From assembly GCA_963825135.1 (NCBI GenBank), contig CAWGRW010000009.1, positions 1,664,001 to 1,728,000 of the forward strand: a stretch of 64,000 nt of DNA, in the 5' to 3' direction. The notes under the pieces were generated by a model. It saw only the letters and a list, made by a program, of their open reading frames with translations, did no database searches and was not told where the DNA came from. Positions within the stretch are counted from its first letter, which is position 1; every line of letters starts with the position of its first letter. A program made the position numbers and the translations under genes. Shown here piece after piece: positions 21,584 through 31,578 of this stretch. Source of the stretch: an uncultured bacterium (GTDB lineage Bacteria > Desulfobacterota_D > UBA1144 > Nemesobacterales > UBA2774).

Positions 21584-21775
21584 CTATTTATTGCTGCTGC
21601 CTGAGGGAACGGTGTTGATTATAGCCGAGACTATGAACGCTATTACCGCTACGATCGAAAGGATCTTGAAATAAGACTGCCAGTTAAGCTTAATTCCCAG
21701 ATGGAGACCTATTCCGACGAAAGAGAAAACAATGAGCAGTATAAGTATCGCGCCGGGTATGTTCTTTCTAAGCAT
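21584..21775 (-). CDS. Small two-TM membrane protein
   Basis: AGGAG RBS, two hydrophobic helices. Confidence 0.55.
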   Translation of the reverse strand: MLRKNIPGAILILLIVFSFVGIGLHLGIKLNWQSYFKILSIVAVIAFIVSAIINTVPSGSSNK

Positions 21776-22042
21776 TTTGGATCAACACTCCTTAATCATT
21801 GTATAATTTCTAAGACCGGAATAATCTTATCTGAATTTACCCGTATTATCAACTCTCGGGAATGAAGCGGCAGGGCTCGGGCAGGGCCTGACTTCCGGTG
21901 CCGTGGTTTGAACTTAAACGATATTGAATGTAACATTAAATACCATTGATTTCTCTTAACGGAACGAGCCCCCGCGTGTCCATTATGGAAAAATATAAAA
22001 ACTACTGTTTTTTGGAGAACTGCTATATCTAACGATCTATCT

Positions 22043-23956
22043 ATGAGAATGCCGAAGCCGAAAGAAATTCTTAAGCTTTTAAATAGTGCCCGGCATCGTC
22101 CTATGAGAACAAAAGAGATTTCACGGCGGCTTGGTGTGCCCAAGGAGGCGAGACTCCCCTTAAAAAAGGTTCTCGGGAAGATGGTCAGGGAAGGAAAAAT
22201 CGGCAGGACGGACGGCGGGTACATAGCGCCCGGAGGAAAGGACACCCCTAAAGCCAAAAAGGAAGCCGTACAGACAAACGCCCTTATCAAGGGGATGGTC
22301 AAGGGCGGCACTATACTCGGAAAGTTCGTCAAGACCGGCAAGACCGGCAAGATCGTACCGAAAGACGACAGGATACCGCACATCTACCTTCACGCTGGCG
22401 AAATAAGAAACCTGAAAAACCACAGTCTCGTCGTTTTCGGAATTACCGGCGGGGTTTCGACGACCCGTAAAGTTCAGGGCCGCATAGTCGAGGTGCTGGG
22501 AAAGGCCGGGGACCTGGAAGTCGAGAAAAAGGGTTTATTGATTGAATACGACCTGGAGGAAAGCTTCCTCCCCGAAGCGATGAGGGAAGTGGCCGGGATC
22601 CCTGATGAGATACCCGACAGCGAGCTGAAGAAAAGGGTCGATCTCAGGGAAGAGATAATATTCACAATCGATAACGATGACGCCAAGGATTTCGACGACG
22701 CGGTCGGTATTACGAAGACTCACTCGGGATACAGGTTATTGGTATCGATAGCGGATGTTTCATATTACGTGGAATTGGGGAGCGAAATAGATAACCAGGC
22801 CCTCAGCAGAGGGACGAGCGTGTATATGCCTCACATGGTCGTACCCATGCTGCCGGAAAAGTTGTCGAACGATCTATGCAGTCTGGTGCCTTATAAGGAC
22901 AGGCTCACCAAAACAGTCGAGATGGATTTCAACCGAAAGGGCGAGATGACGGATTTCAAGATTTACAACAGCGTGATAAGGAGCGCCGCGCGTCTTACGT
23001 ACTCGAAGGTGGCTGCCAGGCTGGGTGATTCTGACAGGGTGCCGCTTGAGGAAAAGCAGATAACGGAAAAGCTCTTTACAATGAATGAGCTATACCAGCA
23101 TATAAGGGCGAGGAGGATCGAAAAGGGCGAGCTGAATTTCGACATCCCGGAGCCCGACCTGATAAGGGACGAGCTCGGGAGGACCGTGGACGTCGTACGG
23201 ACACAGAGGAACCTGGCCCACGGATTGATCGAGGAGTTCATGATCGCGGCGAATTCGGCCGTAGCCAAATTTACATGTCAGGCCGAAATCCCGTCAATCT
23301 ACCGGATTCACGAAAACCCCGACGAAGAATCCATACTTGAGCTTTCGGAGGGAATAAAAAAGCTGGGCTATACCCTGTCGCCCTCGGGGGAATTAGGCAC
23401 CCTGGACTTCCAGCGGGTCATCAATTTGAGCAGGGGGAAGCCGGAAGAGATCGCCGTCAACATGCTCATACTGCGCTCTTTAAAACGGGCCACGTATTCG
23501 ACGGAGGAAAAGGGCCATTTCGGACTGGCGATAAAGCACTACACTCATTTTACCTCCCCGATCAGGCGTTATCCCGATTTGATCGTACACAGGATTACTA
23601 ACTCGCTGCTGAAACACGGTTCGATCCCGTATGACAAGGAGTCGCTCGACTGGATGGCTGAACAACTATCCAAGAAAGAGAGGACGGCGGATGAGATCGA
23701 GAGGGAGGCCATAAACCTCGAGAGGGCTCACCTGATGAAGTCTTATATCGGGCAGGAGTTTGAAGCCATCGTGCTGAGCGTTCTACCCTTCGGGATGTTT
23801 GTGGAAGTAAAGGAAGTTTTTGTGGAAGGACTCGTCCCCAGAGACAGCGTCCTTAACTGGAAGAAGCGCTGGTTTGAAATCGGCCAGACAGTACGGGTGA
23901 AAGTCACCGCCGCAGACGTCGAGAAGAGAAGGATCACTCTTAATCTGACGACTTGA
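22043..23956 (+). CDS. rnr: Ribonuclease R
   Basis: FTIDNDDAKDFDDA, LIEEFMIAAN, HFTSPIRRYPDLIVHR, N-terminal HTH and C-terminal S1 domain. Confidence 0.9.
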   Translation: MRMPKPKEILKLLNSARHRPMRTKEISRRLGVPKEARLPLKKVLGKMVREGKIGRTDGGYIAPGGKDTPKAKKEAVQTNALIKGMVKGGTILGKFVKTGKTGKIVPKDDRIPHIYLHAGEIRNLKNHSLVVFGITGGVSTTRKVQGRIVEVLGKAGDLEVEKKGLLIEYDLEESFLPEAMREVAGIPDEIPDSELKKRVDLREEIIFTIDNDDAKDFDDAVGITKTHSGYRLLVSIADVSYYVELGSEIDNQALSRGTSVYMPHMVVPMLPEKLSNDLCSLVPYKDRLTKTVEMDFNRKGEMTDFKIYNSVIRSAARLTYSKVAARLGDSDRVPLEEKQITEKLFTMNELYQHIRARRIEKGELNFDIPEPDLIRDELGRTVDVVRTQRNLAHGLIEEFMIAANSAVAKFTCQAEIPSIYRIHENPDEESILELSEGIKKLGYTLSPSGELGTLDFQRVINLSRGKPEEIAVNMLILRSLKRATYSTEEKGHFGLAIKHYTHFTSPIRRYPDLIVHRITNSLLKHGSIPYDKESLDWMAEQLSKKERTADEIEREAINLERAHLMKSYIGQEFEAIVLSVLPFGMFVEVKEVFVEGLVPRDSVLNWKKRWFEIGQTVRVKVTAADVEKRRITLNLTT

Positions 23957-24036
23957 GTAATCCGTCGCTTGTATTCTCCGATCAGAAGTGCCGTGGGCTG
24001 TAGCGTGAGGCAGTCGGCGATATGCCGCGGCTCCGG

Positions 24037-24879
24037 TTATATCTCGACCCTGAACAGCCCTTTGAGGGCGAATCCGAAGACCATCGATAATACGAATACC
24101 AGAACCAGCCAGTGGACGTGCCATTTATATACCTCTATCGAGTTTGCGGGATAGCCGATCTTTATCTGCTTCACCCGGGAGCCTGAGGGCAGAGGCGTCT
24201 GCGCGGGATTCAGGAGCGCGTCACGGAAACCCGAGGCCGACGCCGAGGCAAAGGGAGTGACCTGCACGAGGCCTTGTCCCGAGACCACGACTTTCTGCCG
24301 TATCTCCTCACCCGACACATTAAAGGTCAGATCCCGATCCCCGGCTTTCTGCGCTCGTATCCTCCAATCTATTTCATTCCGATCGGGGATCCTTAACGGC
24401 GGCGTCTCTATCTTAATCCCGGAGCCCGAAGTGAGCGTTACGTCCGAAAGCGGCGCATCGCCGTCATGGAGCTCGAGGGACACTATGGCCGATTCGCCGG
24501 GCTTAAGCGGCCTGTGGCCGTACCAGCTGTCGAGCTGGATCAGGATCAGCGCGAGCGGTATCATCATGAAGAGCATCGGCTTAAGCGCATATTTGATGTA
24601 TTTGAGGTTGTAAATAAAGATATTTTTCTGGGCAGAGAGCACTATCCCGACCTCGTCCTTGAAAAGACTGAGCTCGAAAATATATGCCCTGATTTTGTTC
24701 TTGGTCTCCCTTATCTTTTGCTGGTCGGACGTGTAGCGGAATATTATGAGCATTATTATTCCGATAAGGAGCGAAAAGAGGGCGAGCGACCATATGGGGT
24801 CGATATTTTTGAAGGGACTGACAAGGATTCCGAAAATCCAGGCCGCATTACGATTGAGATTCCATATAATTTCCGTCAT
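24037..24879 (-). CDS. Membrane protein resembling DUF106/EMC3/TMCO1 (Oxa1 superfamily), with an inserted soluble domain
   Basis: TM1 - SDQQKIRETK coiled coil - LKPMLFMMIP TM2 - beta-rich insert - HWLVLVFVLSMVFGFALKGLF TM3; pattern recognition only. Confidence 0.55.
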   Translation of the reverse strand: MTEIIWNLNRNAAWIFGILVSPFKNIDPIWSLALFSLLIGIIMLIIFRYTSDQQKIRETKNKIRAYIFELSLFKDEVGIVLSAQKNIFIYNLKYIKYALKPMLFMMIPLALILIQLDSWYGHRPLKPGESAIVSLELHDGDAPLSDVTLTSGSGIKIETPPLRIPDRNEIDWRIRAQKAGDRDLTFNVSGEEIRQKVVVSGQGLVQVTPFASASASGFRDALLNPAQTPLPSGSRVKQIKIGYPANSIEVYKWHVHWLVLVFVLSMVFGFALKGLFRVEI

Positions 24880-24970
24880 ATATTATTCATCCCTAGTTTT
24901 CCGGCGTAATTACCGTACAAAACCCAAAGATTTCAAGCGTATAAAATCCACGTCGTAAACATCCGCCGGG

Positions 24971-26887
24971 TCATTCAATATAACCCAAAGCCTTTATCTT
25001 CCTTATTTCCTCGTAGTTGTGTTGAGCGCTTTCGGAATGTGCAACGACGTCCGGATTGAAGCTGGTTAAAGCTGACAGCAGACGTCTACGAACGTCCTCG
25101 ATCTTATCTGAACCGAAGAGGTTCTCCTTCTCTCGATAGTCACTCTCGAGGTCGTATAATTCAAAAGTGCCTTCCTTCGTTTTTTCGATAAGTTTCCATT
25201 TCCCCATAATGACTGCTCTCTCGGGAGTCGTGCTCTCGGCGTCGTCACATTGCTGACTGAATATCAATTCTTTTCCTCCGTTATCGGCGTGTGTCCCGTA
25301 CAGGTTCACGCCTCCGAAGTTATCGTTCGGCAGTCCGCAGGTCTCGATAATCGTCTTGGCGATATTTCTGACTTCGACATTCTGACCGACGTTTGTTCCC
25401 TTACGCCCGTTCTCGAACGGGCTGTACATAATAAGGGGGACGTGAATGATCTCGTTGTACAGGCTGGCCGCATGACCGAACCTCCGTCTCTCCAAAAACT
25501 CTTCTCCGTGATCCGCGGAGAGAATTATTACGGTGTTCTTGTCCAGTCCGAGTTCCTTGACGGCATCGATCAACCTGCCGAAGTTCTGGTCCGTGTACGA
25601 AACCTCCTCATCGTATGTGTCTATAACATATTGGATGTCATCCGGGTTGAGGGATTTTGTGATTTCCTTCAGTCTATCTTCCGTAAGCGGAACATCTATA
25701 TTGCTTGGATTTTCTTTTCTGTACCCGTACTCGGGGTGATGAATATATATGGAGTGCGGGTCCATGTAATGAACCCAGAGAAAGAACGGTTCGTCCCTGT
25801 ATTCCCTCAGGTATTCGATTGCTTTATCGGTTACCAGGTGCGATGTAATGCTATCGGGCTTCAAGACGGAGTCCTGGTCAAAAATATCGAAACCCTGAGA
25901 AAACCCAAACCCTTTACTCACGTATACGTTGGAGACGACGGCGATCGTCTCATAAAAATTATTTTTCATATACTCTGCTAGCGTAAGGAGGCTGTCATTC
26001 AGAATGAATTTGCTATTGAACTCTCCTATTTGAGACGGATAGAGAGAAGTTTGTATTGAGGCCACGGATGGGTAAGTCCAGGAGGCCTGTGCGAAAGCGT
26101 TCTCGAAGAGGATTCCCTCGCTGGTGAATTTGTCGATATTAGGCGAGGTATTCCTCGCGTATCCGTATGCTTCTAAATGGTCGGCCCTCAGAGTATCTAT
26201 CAGGACTAGAATTACGTTCGGGCCTCGGAGCTTATTGGATTTCCCGTACAATGGAATGAAAATGTTCGAAGCTAAAAGCATCGCGATGACGCCGACTCCG
26301 ATAGGACGTATACCTTTTGAAGCGATTATTCTTCTAAAATACCTTTGAAATAATCCGGGGATCCCTGTCCTGGAAACCAAGTATGTGAGACAGAATGTAA
26401 AAATAAGGCCCGAAACCGCCGAGGCGAGTATAAATATATAAAAAGTTTCTTTCGGGGCGTAGCTCAATTCTCCCAGCCGTGCCGTGAGGGGGTTCCCCTT
26501 GAGGAATCCGATGATATCCCTGTAAAATAAGAATGAAAAGTAAGACAACAGCATAATTACGGCGACTGAGAGTATGAAGGAATAAATAATTTTTTCTCCG
26601 CCGGATTCGGTTTTTGCAATATGTGCGCTGTTCCTGCGGGCAATGGCTCTCATTAAGATGTAAATCGATACGAGCACAAGGAATATGAATAGCGATACAA
26701 GGAAATAAAAATTCATATAATCCGGCAATTCGAAGAGTATGAGATTGAATAATCCGTAATGAACGTAGCGGTTATGGATGATATGGGTGGCCCACGTCAG
26801 GAGTCCGCACAGAAAGGCCAATATTACTGCCAGGCTGACCAGGCCCGTAAGCTCACGGGCGTTATTTTTAATGTATTCTCGAATCAA
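24971..26887 (-). CDS. Multi-TM membrane protein with sulfatase-like domain (Thr at nucleophile position)
   Basis: PNVILVLIDTLRADH, SWTYPS, WVHYMDPH, SADHGEEF, C-terminal KIKALGYIE. Confidence 0.85.
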   Translation of the reverse strand: MIREYIKNNARELTGLVSLAVILAFLCGLLTWATHIIHNRYVHYGLFNLILFELPDYMNFYFLVSLFIFLVLVSIYILMRAIARRNSAHIAKTESGGEKIIYSFILSVAVIMLLSYFSFLFYRDIIGFLKGNPLTARLGELSYAPKETFYIFILASAVSGLIFTFCLTYLVSRTGIPGLFQRYFRRIIASKGIRPIGVGVIAMLLASNIFIPLYGKSNKLRGPNVILVLIDTLRADHLEAYGYARNTSPNIDKFTSEGILFENAFAQASWTYPSVASIQTSLYPSQIGEFNSKFILNDSLLTLAEYMKNNFYETIAVVSNVYVSKGFGFSQGFDIFDQDSVLKPDSITSHLVTDKAIEYLREYRDEPFFLWVHYMDPHSIYIHHPEYGYRKENPSNIDVPLTEDRLKEITKSLNPDDIQYVIDTYDEEVSYTDQNFGRLIDAVKELGLDKNTVIILSADHGEEFLERRRFGHAASLYNEIIHVPLIMYSPFENGRKGTNVGQNVEVRNIAKTIIETCGLPNDNFGGVNLYGTHADNGGKELIFSQQCDDAESTTPERAVIMGKWKLIEKTKEGTFELYDLESDYREKENLFGSDKIEDVRRRLLSALTSFNPDVVAHSESAQHNYEEIRKIKALGYIE

Positions 26888-27008
26888 TTAAGCTTCCCCA
26901 TTCTTTTAATCGCAAGAGGCTCGTGCCGATTGAATCGGGATGACGGGGATCTGACCGGTCGCAATATATCAGGCGGTGGTTTGTTCCGAGCCTCATATAA
27001 TAAAGAGC

Positions 27009-27209
27009 TCACTCTATATAGCCGAGGCCTTTAAGCCTCTTGGTTACTTTTTCTTCGTCCTCGGGCGATTGTTTCTGCCCCTTCTTTATTTCCCTTTCGA
27101 GCGTGTACGCGATAAATTCTTCAACGGAGGTGTAACCCGTTTCCTCCGCGTATTGCTTGCATCTCTCGAGCAAATCCTTGTCGAGCTTTATTTTCGAGCC
27201 GCCAAACAT
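27009..27209 (-). CDS. Small ribbon-helix-helix-like protein with C-terminal RLKGLGYIE tail
   Basis: AGGAGG RBS; KIKLDKDLLERCK...GYTSVEEFI; EDEEKVTKRLKGLGYIE. Confidence 0.8.
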   Translation of the reverse strand: MFGGSKIKLDKDLLERCKQYAEETGYTSVEEFIAYTLEREIKKGQKQSPEDEEKVTKRLKGLGYIE

Positions 27210-27233
27210 GATTGTCCCTCCTTGATATAGGCG

Positions 27234-29240
27234 TTAATTATGCGCGGAACTCTCTTCCTTGAAAATATTATTTCCGATCATCCCGGCCTGCTTCGGGATT
27301 CCGAATTCCTCGAGGACTGTCGGAGCGAGATCGGTGAGCGCGGGGTTCTGCATCTTTATTTCCTTATTTGAAAGCAGGATACCCGGTACGAGCGCGGCTT
27401 CCATAAGGTGGTCTCCGCTCCATTTCTGTTTGTTGTCCCTCAGGATCTCCTTTGGAAAGCTTCCGAGGACGGTCTCCCAGGAAGCGCGGTATCCCCTATT
27501 GTAACCCACAATGAGATCGGGCGCATCCTTCAAATATGGCCCGCTGTATATCTCTTCCGCCCTATATACTCTGGTAATGACCTGCTCCCCGTTTTTGGGG
27601 TCCCTTATGGATAAAAGCTTTTCGGAAATCTCGTCGAGCAGCTCTTTCCGCTCCCCGGGCTCCACGATCCCCTTATATTCCCTTCCCTTCAAGTTCAGAA
27701 ACAGCCCGTTAAACCCGACCCCGTAAGCGCGTGTTTTGCCCCAGTCGACGTTCCTGAAAAACTCTCCCTCGGATTCGTCGGTAAGGTATGAATAACCGTT
27801 CTCTTTGAGCCAGGTATTCAGGTTAAACGCCCTGTAGAACGGGGCAAAGCCGTGATCGGACAGCACGATGACGGTTGTATTGCCGTCGATGCTGTCGAGC
27901 ACGCGCCCGAGCACTCTGTCCATGTCTATATAGGTGTTTTCGATCACGAGCTTGAGCTTGCTCCCAGCATCATAAGCCGGGTGCTTCGGGTCCATGGTGC
28001 GCCAGAACATATGGGAGAGCTGATCGACCCTTCCGATATAAAAGAATAGCAGTCCGGACCGGAAGTTCTCGAGCTCGTAGCCCAGCATATCCTGCTCTTC
28101 TCCGAATACTATATTCGTCTGGTCGAGGAATTCGCCGTCTCCGAGCACGAATTCCGACAACGCCTTTGAATCTTCCGGTATTCCCTGTGTATAGAATAGA
28201 CCCACGTTCTCCGCTATCTTGCCCGAGTAGTCCCTGGGTGTGGAGATCGGTAGGGCCGGATCCGACGGGTCTATGTTTACGGGCGTTACGTATAGTTTGA
28301 AATTCGGTCTCACTTCTTTTAGGTAAAAGCGCACGATCCCGCTCACTTTTTCGATATGGGGAAGGAGCTCGTACTTTAATTTTACCCAGTCACTCCACTC
28401 CCCTTCCTTGAGAATAATTTCATCGTTCTGTACGGAAATCTTCGCCACGGGATTCTCAGGGTCCAACAAGACGGTGAAATCGACTTTGCTTTCGGGCGTG
28501 TCCTTTCTGAACGTATTGATCGGACCGGGGAGTCTGCCGTGTACCTTGTTCCTGAAAACATCGACAGGAAAAACCTTGCCGCCCGACAGGTTCTGGAATT
28601 TGTCCGTGTCTTCGTCCGTGTAGTAGGAATAGGTCCCGTACGTCCCCTGTATGTCCGGCGTTCCCATGCCGGAGACTTGGCGGGCCTTATCGTCCGTTGT
28701 CGGAAAATTTGCGGGTACGCGAAATATTGTCGTATGTATCCCGCGCTCAGACAGGTATTCCCAGAAAGCCTTACCCTGGCGCAGCAAGGAAACCTTGCCC
28801 GCGGACAGGGGAAGCACCCATTTGCCGATTTTTACCGTTTTTGACGCCGATTCGGTCCTGGAGGTAGAAAGGTAAGGGACGATGCTATCGGGGTCCCTGT
28901 GAATGAAGTCGAATATGCCGTGCCCGCCCGGGTTCATGCCGGTAATGAAGTTTGACCAGGCGACAGGGCTTTGGGGCGGGATGCTTGTCGCAAGCTTCTT
29001 GAAGCCGCCCGACTCGCTGAGTTTCTTAAAATTAGGGAGCTTCCCCTCCGCCATAAGTTTATTCAGTATGTTGGGGTCCATGCCGTCAAAACCGATGATG
29101 ATCATTTTCTTATCCGCCGCGTTTGCCTTGGCCTGAGAGGGCGTATCGCCGCTTCCGCACCCGGCGGACACGAGCATGAAGGCGGTTAAAACGGAAATGA
29201 GCACCGCATTGATTGAACGGATTTTAAAGCTCCGCTTCAT
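27234..29240 (-). CDS. Alkaline-phosphatase-superfamily (type I phosphodiesterase/NPP-like) lipoprotein; start uncertain (29240 or 29288)
   Basis: Lipobox SAGC; IIGFDGMDP, PPQSPVAWS, VLSDHGF, WSGDH. Confidence 0.85.
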   Translation of the reverse strand: MKRSFKIRSINAVLISVLTAFMLVSAGCGSGDTPSQAKANAADKKMIIIGFDGMDPNILNKLMAEGKLPNFKKLSESGGFKKLATSIPPQSPVAWSNFITGMNPGGHGIFDFIHRDPDSIVPYLSTSRTESASKTVKIGKWVLPLSAGKVSLLRQGKAFWEYLSERGIHTTIFRVPANFPTTDDKARQVSGMGTPDIQGTYGTYSYYTDEDTDKFQNLSGGKVFPVDVFRNKVHGRLPGPINTFRKDTPESKVDFTVLLDPENPVAKISVQNDEIILKEGEWSDWVKLKYELLPHIEKVSGIVRFYLKEVRPNFKLYVTPVNIDPSDPALPISTPRDYSGKIAENVGLFYTQGIPEDSKALSEFVLGDGEFLDQTNIVFGEEQDMLGYELENFRSGLLFFYIGRVDQLSHMFWRTMDPKHPAYDAGSKLKLVIENTYIDMDRVLGRVLDSIDGNTTVIVLSDHGFAPFYRAFNLNTWLKENGYSYLTDESEGEFFRNVDWGKTRAYGVGFNGLFLNLKGREYKGIVEPGERKELLDEISEKLLSIRDPKNGEQVITRVYRAEEIYSGPYLKDAPDLIVGYNRGYRASWETVLGSFPKEILRDNKQKWSGDHLMEAALVPGILLSNKEIKMQNPALTDLAPTVLEEFGIPKQAGMIGNNIFKEESSAHN

Positions 29241-29313
29241 GTTATGACTATCGCTTTTGTTTCTCTTGCCCTCGGGATTAGACGCCATAGTGTTTATAAC
29301 TATAACCGGGGTT

Positions 29314-31491
29314 TCACACGGCCCTCGCTTTCTTTTTGTCTTCTTCCTTGAATTCTCCCCCGACTCCCGCAACGTCCCTGCGTAACTCGCCGAAAAGAGG
29401 CTTCCCTTTCATATAGTTGGGAATTCCCACACCGAACAGCCTGAGCACGGTCGGGGCCATGTCGATAAGGTGAGGGTTCTCCTTCGCGATCTTTCGGTTT
29501 GAAAAAATGACGCCCGGAACTATTTTGGGGTCGACGCAATGGTCGCCGCTCCAGTGTTTTGTGTTGTCTTCGAATACGTGCTCTGTAACGCGTCCCACGG
29601 CGCATGTCCACGAGCTTCTATACCCGGCGTTGTACCCAACCAGCAGGTCGGGGGCGTCGTGTGTGTAGGGCCCGGACGAAGCACTGTCCGTGTCTATGAC
29701 CTCGCGGATGGAAATTGTTCCGGTCTGCTCATCCCTGAGACCCGTGAGCTTGCTAATGAGCTCGGATTTAAGGAGATCGACCGCTTCCCCCTCCTCGACG
29801 ATGCCTTTCATTTCCCTTCCCTTTCTGTTGATGAATATGCCCGCGAGCCCGAGCGAAAACGCCCGCGTCCCCTCCCAATCCACGTTCTGAAACCAGTCGC
29901 CGCTCGTGCTCTGACCGTCCCTCAGTTTGAGGTAACCGTTCTGAAAGAGCCAGCTGTTCAAATTCACGCCCCTCCTGAACTGAGTGAATCCGTGGTCGGA
30001 TATCACCATCAGCACCGTCTTGTCGTCGGTGTATTCGAGCGCTCTCCCTATGAGACCGTCCATCCTGACGTAGAGGTCCTCTATGACGTTTTTGTATTTT
30101 TCCGTCTCCTTTCCCCTGTTCGCAGGGTGTGCGTCATCGAGGCACCGGAAGAACATATGCTGGACCCTGTCGGTCGTGTCGAATACGCACGTGCAGAGCC
30201 CCCTGGGTGTTTTCTCGAGGGCGTTAAAAAACATTTTCTCCCGCTCCTCGTAAAGCAGGTAGGACTGCTCCAAAAAGGCTTCTTCGTCTATTACGCCTTC
30301 GTTGAGCGCCCAGGTGTCTTCCGCGAGCCCGAGTGTGCCGAACGAGCCCTGGAGCTTGGCCAGGTATATGGAATATATGAAAGGGTGGGATATCGGGAGC
30401 GCCGGGTTTTCAGGGTCTATGTTGATCGGAGTCACGTACATGTCGAATCCCTCATCGAGCGCGTTTATATAGAAGCGGCAAATACCGTGGACTTTGATGC
30501 CCAGGCCGGCGGGGAACGAAATTCTAATCCACGGGGAGTAGGTTCTGGGAGCGAGCTCGAAACTCTGCCCCGATATCCCGATGACCGCTTTCCCCCCCTT
30601 TTTATCTATTTTTATTTTAAGCGGGATGGTTATTTCTTCACCGTTTCTGACCAGGCTGTTATCGGGGCCGTATAAGAGGGTGTCTATGGCTCCGTCTTGT
30701 ATTTCCACGAACCTGCTTACCCCTCCGGTCTCCACTTCGTTCTTGCTCCTGTCGGTGGTGTAGTGGGAGAACGTCCCCTGGGACCCCTTGAGATCGGGGA
30801 CGCACATACCCGAGAGCAGGACACCGTTGAATTTTTCAGGAGGGAAAGTTATCGGGACGCGCAGAACCGAGCTCCATATGCCGTGCTCGCCGAGTATCTT
30901 CCAGAACGGGCGGCCCTTCCGGAGGAGCTTCATCCTGGGCTTGCCTAGCGGGATCATGTATTTCCCGATCGGGAGCACCTTGGACGCTTTCCCTATTTCG
31001 GCCGACGAGAGCATGGGCTGATACGTGCAGGGGTCTCTCGTAATGAAATCGAATATATTATGGTGAGAGGGATCGACCCCGGTCATGAACGAAGACCAGG
31101 CGACCGGCGATATGGAGGGATAACTCGTGGCAAGGGATGTGAAAGTGCCCTGTTCCTTCAGTCTCACAAAGTTAGGGAGCTTCCCCTTGTCCATGAATTC
31201 TTCTGCGAGCTTCGGGTCCATGCCGTCAAGCCCTATTATTATTACTCGGCTTACGCTGCTTTTCGTCCTCGAGCCCCTGCGCCAGAGGGCTCTTACCGCA
31301 TAGCGGAATGGCCAGGAAAGCAGGTAAAAGACGGCGAGGGCGAAGGTTACTATCATTACGAGAAAAGACGAGAGGAAGGCGAAACCCGCGCCGGGCCCTA
31401 TATACGCATAGGCACTGTCGGTTGCGGCAGGGTAGAGGGCCAGTAAAGTAACGAATATGGCTGCGAGTCTTTTCAGATTATTCTTCGACAT
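29314..31491 (-). CDS. Alkaline-phosphatase-superfamily (NPP-like) protein with signal peptide, YIGPGAG motif and TM anchor
   Basis: AYA-YIGPGAG-TM-RR; IIGLDGMDP, PSISPVAWS, ISDHGF, WSGDH. Confidence 0.85.
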   Translation of the reverse strand: MSKNNLKRLAAIFVTLLALYPAATDSAYAYIGPGAGFAFLSSFLVMIVTFALAVFYLLSWPFRYAVRALWRRGSRTKSSVSRVIIIGLDGMDPKLAEEFMDKGKLPNFVRLKEQGTFTSLATSYPSISPVAWSSFMTGVDPSHHNIFDFITRDPCTYQPMLSSAEIGKASKVLPIGKYMIPLGKPRMKLLRKGRPFWKILGEHGIWSSVLRVPITFPPEKFNGVLLSGMCVPDLKGSQGTFSHYTTDRSKNEVETGGVSRFVEIQDGAIDTLLYGPDNSLVRNGEEITIPLKIKIDKKGGKAVIGISGQSFELAPRTYSPWIRISFPAGLGIKVHGICRFYINALDEGFDMYVTPINIDPENPALPISHPFIYSIYLAKLQGSFGTLGLAEDTWALNEGVIDEEAFLEQSYLLYEEREKMFFNALEKTPRGLCTCVFDTTDRVQHMFFRCLDDAHPANRGKETEKYKNVIEDLYVRMDGLIGRALEYTDDKTVLMVISDHGFTQFRRGVNLNSWLFQNGYLKLRDGQSTSGDWFQNVDWEGTRAFSLGLAGIFINRKGREMKGIVEEGEAVDLLKSELISKLTGLRDEQTGTISIREVIDTDSASSGPYTHDAPDLLVGYNAGYRSSWTCAVGRVTEHVFEDNTKHWSGDHCVDPKIVPGVIFSNRKIAKENPHLIDMAPTVLRLFGVGIPNYMKGKPLFGELRRDVAGVGGEFKEEDKKKARAV

Positions 31492-31578
31492 TAAGCTCGG
31501 TATTCTAATGGACTTTTTACGTTATGTCATTCCTCATCGGTGTATCGCACGTTACTACGGGAACCCAGTTTGTAAGGG

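Noticed and set aside
29539..30675. Long antisense ORFs (also 18872..19810, 37380..38300, 43727..44785, 3434..4171)
   Set aside because: Shadow ORFs opposite well-supported genes, with no motifs; 37380..38300 also overlaps a tRNA
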